A stretch of DNA of 63,032 nucleotides, filler included, from Octopus bimaculoides (Eukaryota), in NCBI RefSeq assembly GCF_001194135.2. It is 4 parts of 4 records of this genome, joined end to end, with 100 filler letters (N's around TTAATTAATTAA, not from the genome) between each part and the next. Parts side by side here need not be neighbours in the genome. Positions count along the whole stretch, not along the records: positions 24,266 to 47,777 come from NC_068988.1; 3 more parts are not named here. One strand, 5' to 3'. How positions within the stretch are numbered: position 1 is the stretch's first letter; each line of letters begins with the position of its first letter. Below are positions 24,661 through 36,380 of the stretch, one piece after another. Under the pieces are notes generated by a model that was given only the letters and a program-made list of their open reading frames with translations, did no database searches and was not told where the DNA came from. The position numbers and the translations under genes were made by a program.

Positions 24661-25112
24661 AATGGTGCCTTATTTTATTGATCGTGAAAAGTTGAAAGGT
24701 GACGTCAGCCGTGAGGCAATTTAACACTATATATATATGTGTACGTATGTGTTTTTTTCTTTAATGTGTATATGCGTGGTGCCCCAGCAAGACCACAGTC
24801 TTTGGGTAGAAATGCACAAAAGAATATAAAAAATATCTAAATATGAATTATATGACTCGTTCAACCCATGCTAGCATGGAGAATAAAGTTAAACTTATTA
24901 CACGCAAACATATATACACACGCACAAGCACACGCGCGCGCATATATATCGCTGTGGGGCAGTTATCTCATCTGTCAGCATATATAAATTGTGCTTACTG
25001 CGGCGGTAAGGGCTTTTTAGCTGTTATTTCTAGTAAAGTAGGTGCTACCCTGCACCTTCAGTCACGACTAGTGACAATGGAAATTTTCTTTTTTGGTTTT
25101 ATATTGCTGCCT

Positions 25113-25172
<60 letters not shown>

Positions 25173-25174
25173 CT

Positions 25175-25345
25175 CTTCGAAACGCCTGTGTTAGAATGGG
25201 GACAGCTGATGAAGGAGATGTTCTCTATGTGGCCTGTGTGTTTTCTGTACTCGTTTAACATTTTGTCTACGCTTTGCTTGCAATGTCCTGTACCCAGATA
25301 TGCATCTATATACACAGGTAGATGTAAGTATGTGCATACATGTAC
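25175..25345 (+). repeat. Dispersed ~170-190 bp family carrying CTTCGAAACG...CTGATGAAGG, copy 1
   Basis: Aligns with 43890-44051(-) over the whole length and with 36300-36380 over its 5' part. Confidence 0.7.
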
Positions 25346-25790
25346 GTATATATGAATATACTCATTTATTATTTATATTATATATATATATATAGTCATA
25401 TATACGCACGCATACACACATTTCTACGCATACATAAATTCACATATATAAATATACGCACATATATTTATACACGTATACACATATACACACACACACA
25501 TATATAAGCACACAAACACACACACACACACGACGGATTTCCGTACACTTTCTATCCACCCAATTTCATGTACAAGCATTGGTCAACCTATAGTTTACAC
25601 AATCATTCCTACGCCTATATTACTCATAGAATTTCTTTTGGAATTTACTCTTAAGTTTGGTCAGCTGTGGGTTCAAATCGTCTTCCTACGCACTTTTATC
25701 TTTTATGAAAATAAGGATGTAGTACAAGTGTATTAACATTTACTAAAGTTTTATTAACGTAGTCATACCATAGTTCAATATCACTATAAA

Positions 25791-26470
25791 TAGGCGTAGG
25801 GGTGGCTGCGTGGTAAAAAGCTTGCTTTTCAACCACATTGTTCCGGGTTCAGTCCCACTGCGTGGCACCATAGGCAAATGTCTTCTACTATAGCCTCGGG
25901 CCAACCAAAGCCTTGTGAGTGGATTTGGTAGACGGAAACTGAAAAAAAAGCCTGTCGTATATATATATATATATATATATATAGTGGNNNNNNNNNNGGC
26001 GTCTGATGTGGCTTTTTAAACCAGACAATGTTTTGAAAAAACACCCACACAGATTGCACCTCTGATTTGCACTACCAATACCTGCAAGTAAGTTCTGCTC
26101 ATTGTGGATCCAAACATGTCTTTTAAGACCCCCATTGGATTTGCAAACCCTCTGGCACACGCCACATTCAAACGTGTGCACAGACATATAATCAGAATAG
26201 CTGGATGAGGTTTGTTTTCCATGGGTCCGCAGGTGAGATTATATATATATATGTTTGTGTGTGTCTTTGTGTCTGTATTTGTTCCCCACCCCATCACTAC
26301 TTGACAATCGGTGTTCGTGCGTTTACATCCCCGTAATTTAGCGGTTCGGCAAAAAAAAAACAAAAAACAAAAAAACCGATAGAATAAATACTAGGCTTAA
26401 AAAATAAGTCCTGGGTGTCGATTTGCTCCAACACGGCCACAGTCAAAATGACTGAAACAAGTAAAATAGC
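25791..26470 (+). mobile_element. SINE family A interrupted in its internal (TA)n by a zinc-finger fragment
   Basis: Head 25791-25960, (TA)n, insert 25998-26238, (TA)n, tail 26260-26470. Confidence 0.78.
25998..26238 (-). pseudogene. C2H2 zinc-finger coding fragment (2 complete + 1 partial finger), probably from a retroelement C-terminus
   Basis: SHLRTH...FECGVCQRVCKSNGGLKRHVWIH...CNLCGCFFKTLSGLKSHIRR(H). No TGEKP linkers. Confidence 0.75.
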
Positions 26471-26871
26471 AAAAGGAAGAATAGAGTATGACTCTGATGT
26501 CGTTCCAAAGTTAAGCTTGATTATTTCTTGACATACAAATATAAATAAGAAACATCTTTTCAGAATAGAAGACAGATGTATAACAACGAATATAGTTTTC
26601 AAAGGTGCTCTTTTCTAAGACTACACCTTCAGTATTACCTATGTGGAGTTTGCATAATCTCTACAATTAAACGCTCCAAAAGGTAACTTTCGACTCTGCC
26701 TATCCAAAAGGGTTTTTCAACCCCAAATTTACATACTATTATTTACAGCTTTATGAGCTTCGAGATTTCTCCCTCCCCCGACAAAAAATTTCAGTGTCAA
26801 TAGATTTAAGAAACGGAGCAGTAACAACTGCTAGCTTGTGGTGTTGGATGTTCCCATGATGGTGGAGATGA

Positions 26872-26907
<36 letters not shown>

Positions 26908-27224
26908 GAGTAGTAGGAGTAGTAGCAGCAGCAATAAAAATAATCTGCGGTGGTTGTATTGTAGTTAGTGCCGGATGTCTAGAAGCGGGGGGGGTTACTC
27001 CCAAGGAGCCTATAACAAAGTCAAAACTATTAAGCAGTTTCCTGGTGGCCCCTACTAGATTCTGGGGTCCCTAGGTTACAACCTGCCAAGAGTATAGGTA
27101 AATATACAACACTGGTTGTGGTTAATTAATTATGTTCACTGAATATTAATTATGCTAAGATGTATTACATTTCCGGTTTCTAAGTTTGAGTGCGCGTGTG
27201 CGTATGTGTGAATTGGTGGAGGAG

Positions 27225-27680
27225 AAGAGAAAAGAAGAAGAAGAAGAAGAAGAAGAAGAAGAAGAAGAAGAAGAAGAAGCAAGGGGGAAGGAAGAAGAAG
27301 AGGGAGAAGGAAGAAGAAACGGAGAAGAAGAAGAAAAAGAAGAAAGGGAGAAGGAAGGAAGAAGAAGAAGAAAGGGAGAAATAAGAAGAAGAAGAAGAAG
27401 AAAGGGAGAAGGAAAGAAGGAAGAAGAAGAAGAAAGGGAGAAGGAAGAAGAAGAAGAAGAAGAAGAAAGGGAGAAGGAAGGAAGGAAGGAAGGAAGGAAG
27501 AAAAAGAAGAAGAAGAAGAAGAAGAAGAAGAAAGGGAGAAGTAAGAAGAACAACAAGAAGAAGGGAAAAAGAGGAAGGTACAGAAGGAAGAAGTGGAAAG
27601 ACGATGGGAAAAATGAGGAAAAGAATCGAGAAAAGAGAGAGAAAAGAAAAGAGAAGTCAAGGGAAAAAAAAAGAAAGTGA
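27225..27680. repeat. Compound (GAA)n/GGAA polypurine microsatellite
   Basis: Directly visible; explains the low-complexity ORFs here. Confidence 0.95.
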
Positions 27681-27884
27681 TCTCGCAATTCCACATCGAT
27701 CAAATATGAATGCGTTAGATAAAATGTTAGTGTAACATCCATTATCACTATTTCTGGACATATAAGAGATAACAAGAGTCAGAAGGGGGAAGACGAAAAA
27801 GAAGAGATGGTGGGATATAAAACTGGACTATGTGAGAAGTACTACAATAGACATCTGTGTTTTATCAGTGTGTATGTATGTAGG

Positions 27885-27918
<34 letters not shown>

Positions 27919-28047
27919 CACACACACACACACACGCGCGCAGACACACACACACACACACGTATATATAGTTGGATAAAATTTGGGTAAAAACTTTGTA
28001 GTAATGCTACACAAAGCTCATCCACAGGTATTGGCTAGACTGCCCTG

Positions 28048-28082
<35 letters not shown>

Positions 28083-28177
28083 GGAGAGAGAGAGACAGTG
28101 ATAGATAGACAGGTAGATAGATAAACAGACAACAGATAGGTAGATAGATAGATAGATAGATAGATAGATACATAGAT

Positions 28178-28343
28178 AGGCGCAGGAGTGGCTGTGTGGT
28201 AAGTAGCTTGCTTACCAACCACATGGTTCCGGGTTCAGTCCTACTGCGTGGCACCTTGTGTGAGTGTCTTCTACTGTAGCCTCGGGCCGACTAAAGCCTT
28301 GTGAGTGGATTTGGTAGACGGAAACTGAAAGAAGCCCGTCGTA
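28178..28343 (+). mobile_element. SINE family A head, low divergence
   Basis: ggcgcaggagtggctgtgtggtaag...ggttccgggttcagtcc...gacggaaactgaaagaagcccgtc followed by (TA)n. Confidence 0.82.
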
Positions 28344-28371
28344 TATATGTATATATATATATATATCTATA

Positions 28372-28414
<43 letters not shown>

Positions 28415-28628
28415 NNNNNNNNNNNNNNNNNNNNNNNNNNNNNNNNNNNNNNNNNNNNNNNNNNNNNNNNNNNNNNNNNNNNNNNNNNNNNNNNNNNNNN
28501 NNNNNNNNNNNNNNNNNNNNNNNNNNNNNNNNNNNNNNNNNNNNNNNNNNNNNNNNNNNNNNNNNNNNNNNNNNNNNNNNNNNNNNNNNNNNNNNNNNNN
28601 NNNNNNNNNNNNNNNNNNNNNNNNNNNN

Positions 28629-28671
<43 letters not shown>

Positions 28672-28969
28672 CAGATAGATAGCAAGCTACATAAACAAAT
28701 AGAATAGCCAAAGAAGACAGACATACAGACAGACAGCTAGCTCTGTGTGTATATGCGTATGCTCTTTATATCTTCATAACTTTACCCGCTGTTATCTTGT
28801 TACACATGTAAACAGTAACTCATCAACTGATTACACTTAGAGCCAAAACTACATCACACATCACCACTATTTTTACATCCTGGCCTGCCTGTCCTAATCA
28901 ATAAGGGAGCTTCTATGTGATCGTCCGATCTGTTTGAAACAAACTGCAAAAACAATAGATTAGTGTCTT

Positions 28970-29150
28970 TTATTACCTCCGCCTTCGAAGGCGGAGGCAT
29001 TGTCTTTTAGTCGTATTTGTTTGTCTGTAGACAAGATATCTCAAGAACCGCTGGATAGATTCGGATGAAATTTTCAGAGATGTTTGGCCTCGTAACTGGC
29101 ACGAACTGATTAGATTTTGGGTTCTGGACAAGGAAATGGTTCGTTTTCGA
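28970..29150 (+). mobile_element. Helitron/Helentron-type non-autonomous element (DINE/HINE-like) 5' part
   Basis: tattacctccgcc...ggcggagg with a perfect 22-bp palindrome at 28976-28997, then gtttgtctg and aagatatctcaagaaccgctggatagattcggatgaaatttt, as recalled for this class. Confidence 0.6.
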
Positions 29151-30147
29151 CTCGATGTCGATATCGGGACAATGTCTTCCAGATCTACACTATTTAGGAG
29201 ATAAAGAAAGTATTTGTCTTGAAAATATCATATCCAATTTTATTACACACGTCACTTGAAGCAAATGAGAGTTGTAAATAAACACCGTGAGATTTTCTAC
29301 GCTGCTCTGGAGAAATTCAGCGGAATTAGCATCTAATATTTTCTGGTGAAAAAACTCATCTTGTCCGATTACTCGTACATCACACATTTTGGATCTTCTT
29401 CAAAAAATTCAGGGATCNNNNNNNNNNNNNNNNNNNNNNNNNNNNNNNNNNNNNNNNNNNNNNNNNNNNNNNNNNNNNNNNNNNNNNNNNNNNNNNNNNN
29501 NNNNNNNNNNNNNNNNNNNNNNNNNNNNNNNNNNNNNNNNNNNNNNNNNNNNNNNNNNNNNNNNNNNNNNNNNNNNNNNNNNNNNNNNNNNNNNNNNNNN
29601 NNNNNNNNNNNNNNNNNNNNNNNNNNNNNNNNNNNNNNNNNNNNNNNNNNNNNNNNNNNNNNNNNNNNNNNNNNNNNNNNNNNNNNNNNNNNNNNNNNNN
29701 NNNNNNNNNNNNNNNNNNNNNNNNNNNNNNNNNNNNNNNNNNNNNNNNNNNNNNNNNNNNNNNNNNNNNNNNNNNNNNNNNNNNNNNNNNNNNNNNNNNN
29801 NNNNNNNNNNNNNNNNNNNNNNNNNNNNNNNNNNNNNNNNNNNNNNNNNNNNNNNNNNNNNNNNNNNNNNNNNNNNNNNNNNNNNNNNNNNNNNNNNNNN
29901 NNNNNNNNNNNNNNNNNNNNNNNNNNNNNNNNNNNNNNNNNNNNNNNNNNNNNNNNNNNNNNNNNNNNNNNNNNNNNNNNNNNNNNNNNNNNNNNNNNNN
30001 NNNNNNNNNNNNNNNNNNNNNNNNNNNNNNNNNNNNNNNNNNNNNNNNNNNNNNNNNNNNNNNNNNNNNNNNNNNNNNNNNNNNNNNNNNNNNNNNNNNN
30101 NNNNNNNNNNNNNNNNNNNNNNNNNNNNNNNNNNNNNNNNNNNNNNN

Positions 30148-30195
<48 letters not shown>

Positions 30196-30464
30196 CTCTC
30201 TCTCTCTCTCCGTCTTTTTTCTTTCTCGCTCTTTGATTAATATACCCACTCTATTGACAGATATACAAGCGTCGAATTTTTCTGACTTATGGTGGCTTAA
30301 ACGACTATATATATTATCAACCGCGCACACGCAATGCATGTTTTGTATGTTTGCCGGTTCGCTTCGATAAAGCGGCCAAAGGGCGACCCCCTCATTTACA
30401 TTGGGTGTTAAAACACCTGAAAACCGTAGACGGGTGAGACAACTCGCCCCAGATCCCTACATAC

Positions 30465-30495
<31 letters not shown>

Positions 30496-32479
30496 CGTAC
30501 GTACATACATACATACATACATACATATATGGTTGGAAGAACAACATACGAGAAATAGAACTCATAGCATAAAGTTACAAAAGTCGTTCAAGGGCTTGGG
30601 AGTTGAGTGTTGTGTATGGTACTTATCACACACACACACACACACACTTTGTGTGATACCCCAGCATGGCGACAGCTTAATGCTTAAGACAAGTGAAAAT
30701 ATAACTGTTTGACCTGTCAAACATTTGAAGGGTAAAGGTTACTAGCTAAGTTAGAGAGAGAGAGGGAGAGAGGGGTGAGTGGGAGAGAGTTGAAGATATA
30801 CTGCATTAATGTCAGACAAAGGTCAAAGTGAACTCTGGATCGCGGAAGTCAGTTTCGTGATATTTGTGCCCTTATATCGTTTGTGCCCTTATATCATTTC
30901 TAATGCAGAAGACCATAACTGGACGATATTCTCACCACAATTATACCACCAGACAACAACCATGATACCACAACAATGCCATTGCACAACAACCACAAGA
31001 ACAACAACTGGAGCACACGCACTTCTTCCCCAACGACAAAACTAGCGCCAGCTCCACTCACTCCACGTTGCAGATGCTACCTTCACTGCAATCCACACTA
31101 GGTTACTTCACAGTTTTTTCTGTATTTGATTGAGAAACCAGTGGTCTACCGTTGAGTTAAATGTTTTTAAGAGATAAAATTTGAAAAGTTGCATTCCCTC
31201 GCTTTCGGTAAATATGTTACTTATTTTTGGTAGTTTCTTTTACTTATTTAGTCCCTCGATAGCGTGAGGTATTAATACACAGTTAATGCCCTTTTTATAT
31301 ATATTTAAATATATCTATGGAGAAACGATGAATCTTTTCATTACGAAATTTTTCGTTATTTTTTCATTATGAGGTTTTTTTCACGCTGACTACTTGATAA
31401 ATTCTTATAAAGAATTTATCCTATATTATATTATATGTATGNNNNNNNNNNNNNNNNNNNNNNNNNNNNNNNNNNNNNNNNNNNNNNNNNNNNNNNNNNN
31501 NNNNNNNNNNNNNNNNNNNNNNNNNNNNNNNNNNNNNNNNNNNNNNNNNNNNNNNNNNNNNNNNNNNNNNNNNNNNNNNNNNNNNNNNNNNNNNNNNNNN
31601 NNNNNNNNNNNNNNNNNNNNNNNNNNNNNNNNNNNNNNNNNNNNNNNNNNNNNNNNNNNNNNNNNNNNNNNNNNNNNNNNNNNNNNNNNNNNNNNNNNNN
31701 NNNNNNNNNNNNNNNNNNNNNNNNNNNNNNNNNNNNNNNNNNNNNNNNNNNNNNNNNNNNNNNNNNNNNNNNNNNNNNNNNNNNNNNNNNNNNNNNNNNN
31801 NNNNNNNNNNNNNNNNNNNNNNNNNNNNNNNNNNNNNNNNNNNNNNNNNNNNNNNNNNNNNNNNNNNNNNNNNNNNNNNNNNNNNNNNNNNNNNNNNNNN
31901 NNNNNNNNNNNNNNNNNNNNNNNNNNNNNNNNNNNNNNNNNNNNNNNNNNNNNNNNNNNNNNNNNNNNNNNNNNNNNNNNNNNNNNNNNNNNNNNNNNNN
32001 NNNNNNNNNNNNNNNNNNNNNNNNNNNNNNNNNNNNNNNNNNNNNNNNNNNNNNNNNNNNNNNNNNNNNNNNNNNNNNNNNNNNNNNNNNNNNNNNNNNN
32101 NNNNNNNNNNNNNNNNNNNNNNNNNNNNNNNNNNNNNNNNNNNNNNNNNNNNNNNNNNNNNNNNNNNNNNNNNNNNNNNNNNNNNNNNNNNNNNNNNNNN
32201 NNNNNNNNNNNNNNNNNNNNNNNNNNNNNNNNNNNNNNNNNNNNNNNNNNNNNNNNNNNNNNNNNNNNNNNNNNNNNNNNNNNNNNNNNNNNNNNNNNNN
32301 NNNNNNNNNNNNNNNNNNNNNNNNNNNNNNNNNNNNNNNNNNNNNNNNNNNNNNNNNNATATATATATAACAAGTCTATGCCTCAACAGACTAACCACAA
32401 TCGGAGACCACCGCCAAACCACACATAAACAAGGAAGCTAGCTCTACGCACCAAATTATTACTTTTAATAGTCTACGGA

Positions 32480-32860
32480 ATGCCCTCACTTCACACTATA
32501 CTTATTACATAACCGTGTCACTGGCGCCAGCTCCACTTCACTCCACGCTACAGATGTTACCTTCGCTCAACACCGGAGACACCAGCTTTACTTCACTCCA
32601 TTTCATAGCACAGTTGCTACCTTTACTCCACACCATACTTATTACATAACTACGGCACAAGCGCCAGCGTCACTCCACTCCATGTTGCAGATGTAACCTT
32701 CATTTAACACCTGAAGTGCCAGCTTTACTTCATTCCATTCCACGTTGGAAATGCTACCTGCATTCAACGCCAGCTATACTTCACTCCGCTTCATAACACA
32801 GACGCTACCTTCACTCCAAACGATACTTATTATCTAACCACATCACAGGCGCCAGCTCCT
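32480..32860. repeat. Degenerate minisatellite with higher-order structure
   Basis: Repeated gcgccagct..acttcactcca...cagatgctaccttca units. atacttatta recurs at ~138 and ~188 bp spacing. A related unit sits at ~31040-31100. Confidence 0.8.
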
Positions 32861-33061
32861 ACTTCACACGTTTTCATACTCACCACTCATACAAAACTTC
32901 ATACCATAGACGCAAGTTCACGCCACCCCACAGACGCTACCTCTACTTCCACAGGCTCTGGTTTTATTCCACTCCAAACTACTCCACAACAATAGACACA
33001 AACTCTACGTCACTCCACCGCCACAGACGCTGGCTCTACGCTACACTTTACATCACCACCT

Positions 33062-33116
<55 letters not shown>

Positions 33117-33450
33117 NNNNNNNNNNNNNNNNNNNNNNNNNNNNNNNNNNNNNNNNNNNNNNNNNNNNNNNNNNNNNNNNNNNNNNNNNNNNNNNNNNNN
33201 NNNNNNNNNNNNNNNNNNNNNNNNNNNNNNNNNNNNNNNNNNNNNNNNNNNNNNNNNNNNNNNNNNNNNNNNNNNNNNNNNNNNNNNNNNCAGGGAGAAG
33301 GACAGAGAATGAGGGTAAGAGGGCAAGGAAGAGTAAAAATACTTAAGTAGGTACGGAAGCTTCCCTTAACGACATAGCTACTTACGTAATATTTTTTTAC
33401 TTTTATACCAATTAAATACAAATTTGGCCTATATATATATATATATATAT

Positions 33451-33497
<47 letters not shown>

Positions 33498-33799
33498 CAC
33501 ACGCGCGCGCGTACAGGCGTACACACAGATTCATGCTGTTATTTGTGTTCACAAATAACAGCATTCAAATCAACGCAAACCGTGTGTGTGTGTGTTTCTT
33601 GCTCGCGCGCGTACTGGCATGTGTACCGTATTATGTACAACTACCCCAAAGAAAGAATCAGACTATTTCTTGTGAAGAACAAAACTTTCCAATACCCAAA
33701 CTAAATCTGTCTTTATTTTCCTAATGGTTTTAGATTTAAGATCGCGGCCATGTTGGAGCACCGCCATTGATTTATTTCCTTTCAGTTTTGTTGTCGGTT

Positions 33800-34250
33800 T
33801 ATGACTGAAAGTTGGTCTACGGTTGAATTTCAAGCAGCTGATCTTCCTTGAGAGTTATCTTGAACGGTTGGCTGGTCTGGAATCGTCGTTAGGACTTTAT
33901 CCAATGTTATTATTTTTTATTAATGTCTCAGTAGAGGTCTCTTATATTTTAGATTACTTTAGATAGGCAGTCGAACAATTGAGGACCTCTAAATATCAGA
34001 CTGGTACAACAGAGCGTTTTTGCTCGAGATTTGGAAGATGGTATATTTGGAAGCTGACAGTATTTACTAGTTCGTACTTTAAAATTCCCTCTAATGCCGA
34101 AGTTTGGAACGTGTCCTTCCAGGATTTTTCATACGTATATATGATAGTATATCTCTCTTCAGCATTCAAGAGTGTAGAGATAAAGAGCTTTCAGACGTTC
34201 CCAGCAATTAAGGCTTTTTACCGAAGTTAATATTTACCTGTGAACGTTAA
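33800..34250 (-). mobile_element. CR1/L2-like LINE RT 3' end
   Basis: ERYTIIYV.KILEGHVPNF, FRGPQLFDCL, LDKVLTTIPDQP, SAA.NS.VDQ. Confidence 0.78.
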
Positions 34251-34289
34251 TTGTAGCCCTTTAAAGAATGAAAGAATAAATACACACAC

Positions 34290-34550
34290 ATATACATATG
34301 GTAAGAGGCTTCCTTCCCAACCACATGGTTCTGGGTTCAGTTCCACTTCTTAGCTTCTTGGACAAGTGTTTTCTGCCATAAGCCTTGTGAGTAGATTTGG
34401 TAGACAAAAACTAAAAGCCCGTTGTATGTGTGTGTGTGTATGTGTGTCTTTGTCTCTGTCTTTGTCTTCCATTACCATTTGTTGGTATGTTTACATCCCC
34501 GTAACTAAGCGGTTCGGCAAAAGATCCAGTAAAATAAGTACCAGGAGTTG
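34290..34550 (+). mobile_element. SINE family A
   Basis: Head, (TG)n and tail similar to the other copies. Confidence 0.72.
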
Positions 34551-36011
34551 TGAAGAAAGAATTTGTACGTAGTCTGTTTCTGAGAGCTATTCTATTGGAC
34601 CTCTGTCTAATCACGTCTTTTAAGGTACACACACATACATAGAAAATGTGAGGTCATGGTAGAAAATTTTTACGATAGTTGATTCATGGAAAAGATTATG
34701 TTAAATTTTTGAAATGCAAATATGTGAATGAAAATTAAGTTCAGACCTCTACATGGTAGCTAGACCTGGTAGAAATAGCAGCCAAATCTTCCTCATAACA
34801 CCCTACTGTCTTAATCCGACAATTCTGCCTATTATGTCGTTTGAATGAGAAACTAACTAAAGATTAAGATTATTAATCCCACAAAGAAGTGAAAGAAGAG
34901 AGACAGCATAGCGAAAGTTTTGGCTGACTGTCATCATGTACTCCTCTTGTTGCTAGCGAAATGGTATATGCCGGCTGTGTGAGCAACTGGTTGTTTTAAT
35001 GGCAGAATAAACAGGGGAATTCCATTAGAAAAAGTTTTAATCGATTTTCTCGGTAACTATGGGGGCTAGGAAAAATTTACAAACCGCATTCTAATCTATG
35101 CACCCATCTCCACATGTGCGCCATTTTTCACGCGAATCCACCCAGCCGTTTGGCTGTGAATCTCAAGACAAGAATACAACGATCGCCCATGTCCAATTTA
35201 TATTATATATATATATTTGTGTGTGNNNNNNNNNNNNNNNNNNNNNNNNNNNNNNNNNNNNNNNNNNNNNNNNNNNNNNNNNNNNNNNNNNNNNNNNNNN
35301 NNNNNNNNNNNNNNNNNNNNNNNNNNNNNNNNNNNNNNNNNNNNNNNNNNNNNNNNNNNNNNNNNNNNNNNNNNNNNNNNNNNNNNNNNNNNNNNNNNNN
35401 NNNNNNNNNNNNNNNNNNNNNNNNNNNNNNNNNNNNNNNNNNNNNNNNNNNNNNNNNNNNNNNNNNNNNNNNNNNNNNNNNNNNNNNNNNNNNNNNNNNN
35501 NNNNNNNNNNNNNNNNNNNNNNNNNNNNNNNNNNNNNNNNNNNNNNNNNNNNNNNNNNNNNNNNNNNNNNNNNNNNNNNNNNNNNNNNNNNNNNNNNNNN
35601 NNNNNNNNNNNNNNNNNNNNNNNNNNNNNNNNNNNNNNNNNNNNNNNNNNNNNNNNNNNNNNNNNNNNNNNNNNNNNNNNNNNNNNNNNNNNNNNNNNNN
35701 NNNNNNNNNNNNNNNNNNNNNNNNNNNNNNNNNNNNNNNNNNNNNNNNNNNNNNNNNNNNNNNNNNNNNNNNNNNNNNNNNNNNNNNNNNNNNNNNNNNN
35801 NNNNNNNNNNNNNNNNNNNNNNNNNNNNNNNNNNNNNNNNNNNNNNNNNNNNNNNNNNNNNNNNNNNNNNNNNNNNNNNNNNNNNNNNNNNNNNNNNNNN
35901 NNNNNNNNNNNNNNNNNNNNNNNNNNNNNNNNNNNNNNNNNNNNNNNNNNNNNNNNNNNNNNNNNNNNNNNNNNNNNNNNNNNNNNNNNNNNNNNNNNNN
36001 NNNNNNNNNNN

Positions 36012-36044
<33 letters not shown>

Positions 36045-36299
36045 GTAAGTGTCCCTTGTCAGCAAATAGAAAATGTGTTTCTGTGGCTGCACCCTTCGTC
36101 ACATTTTAGTGACGGTGAATTTTCTTCTTGGTTCTGAATTGCGTCTAGCCACCTTGATTATGTATGTATGTATGTATGTATGTATGTATGTATGTATGTA
36201 TGTGTGCGTGTGTGTGTATGCATATGTGCGTGCGTGTGTGTGCGTGTGTATGTATGTATGTATGTATGTATGTGTGTATGTATGTAAGGTTGTCCTTAC

Positions 36300-36380
36300 C
36301 TTCGAAACGCAGAGTAGTTGAAACGGGGACAACTGATGAAGGGGAATACTCTTTATGTTGCATGTCTCGTTTCTCTGTTT
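36300..36380 (+). repeat. CTTCGAAACG...CTGATGAAGG family, copy 2 (5' part)
   Basis: GAAAC at 36304-36308, CTGATGA at 36333-36339. Confidence 0.6.

Noticed and set aside
27136-27775. Poly-E/K/R and poly-S/L/F ORFs
   Set aside because: Translations of a (GAA)n polypurine tract, with no splice or domain support.
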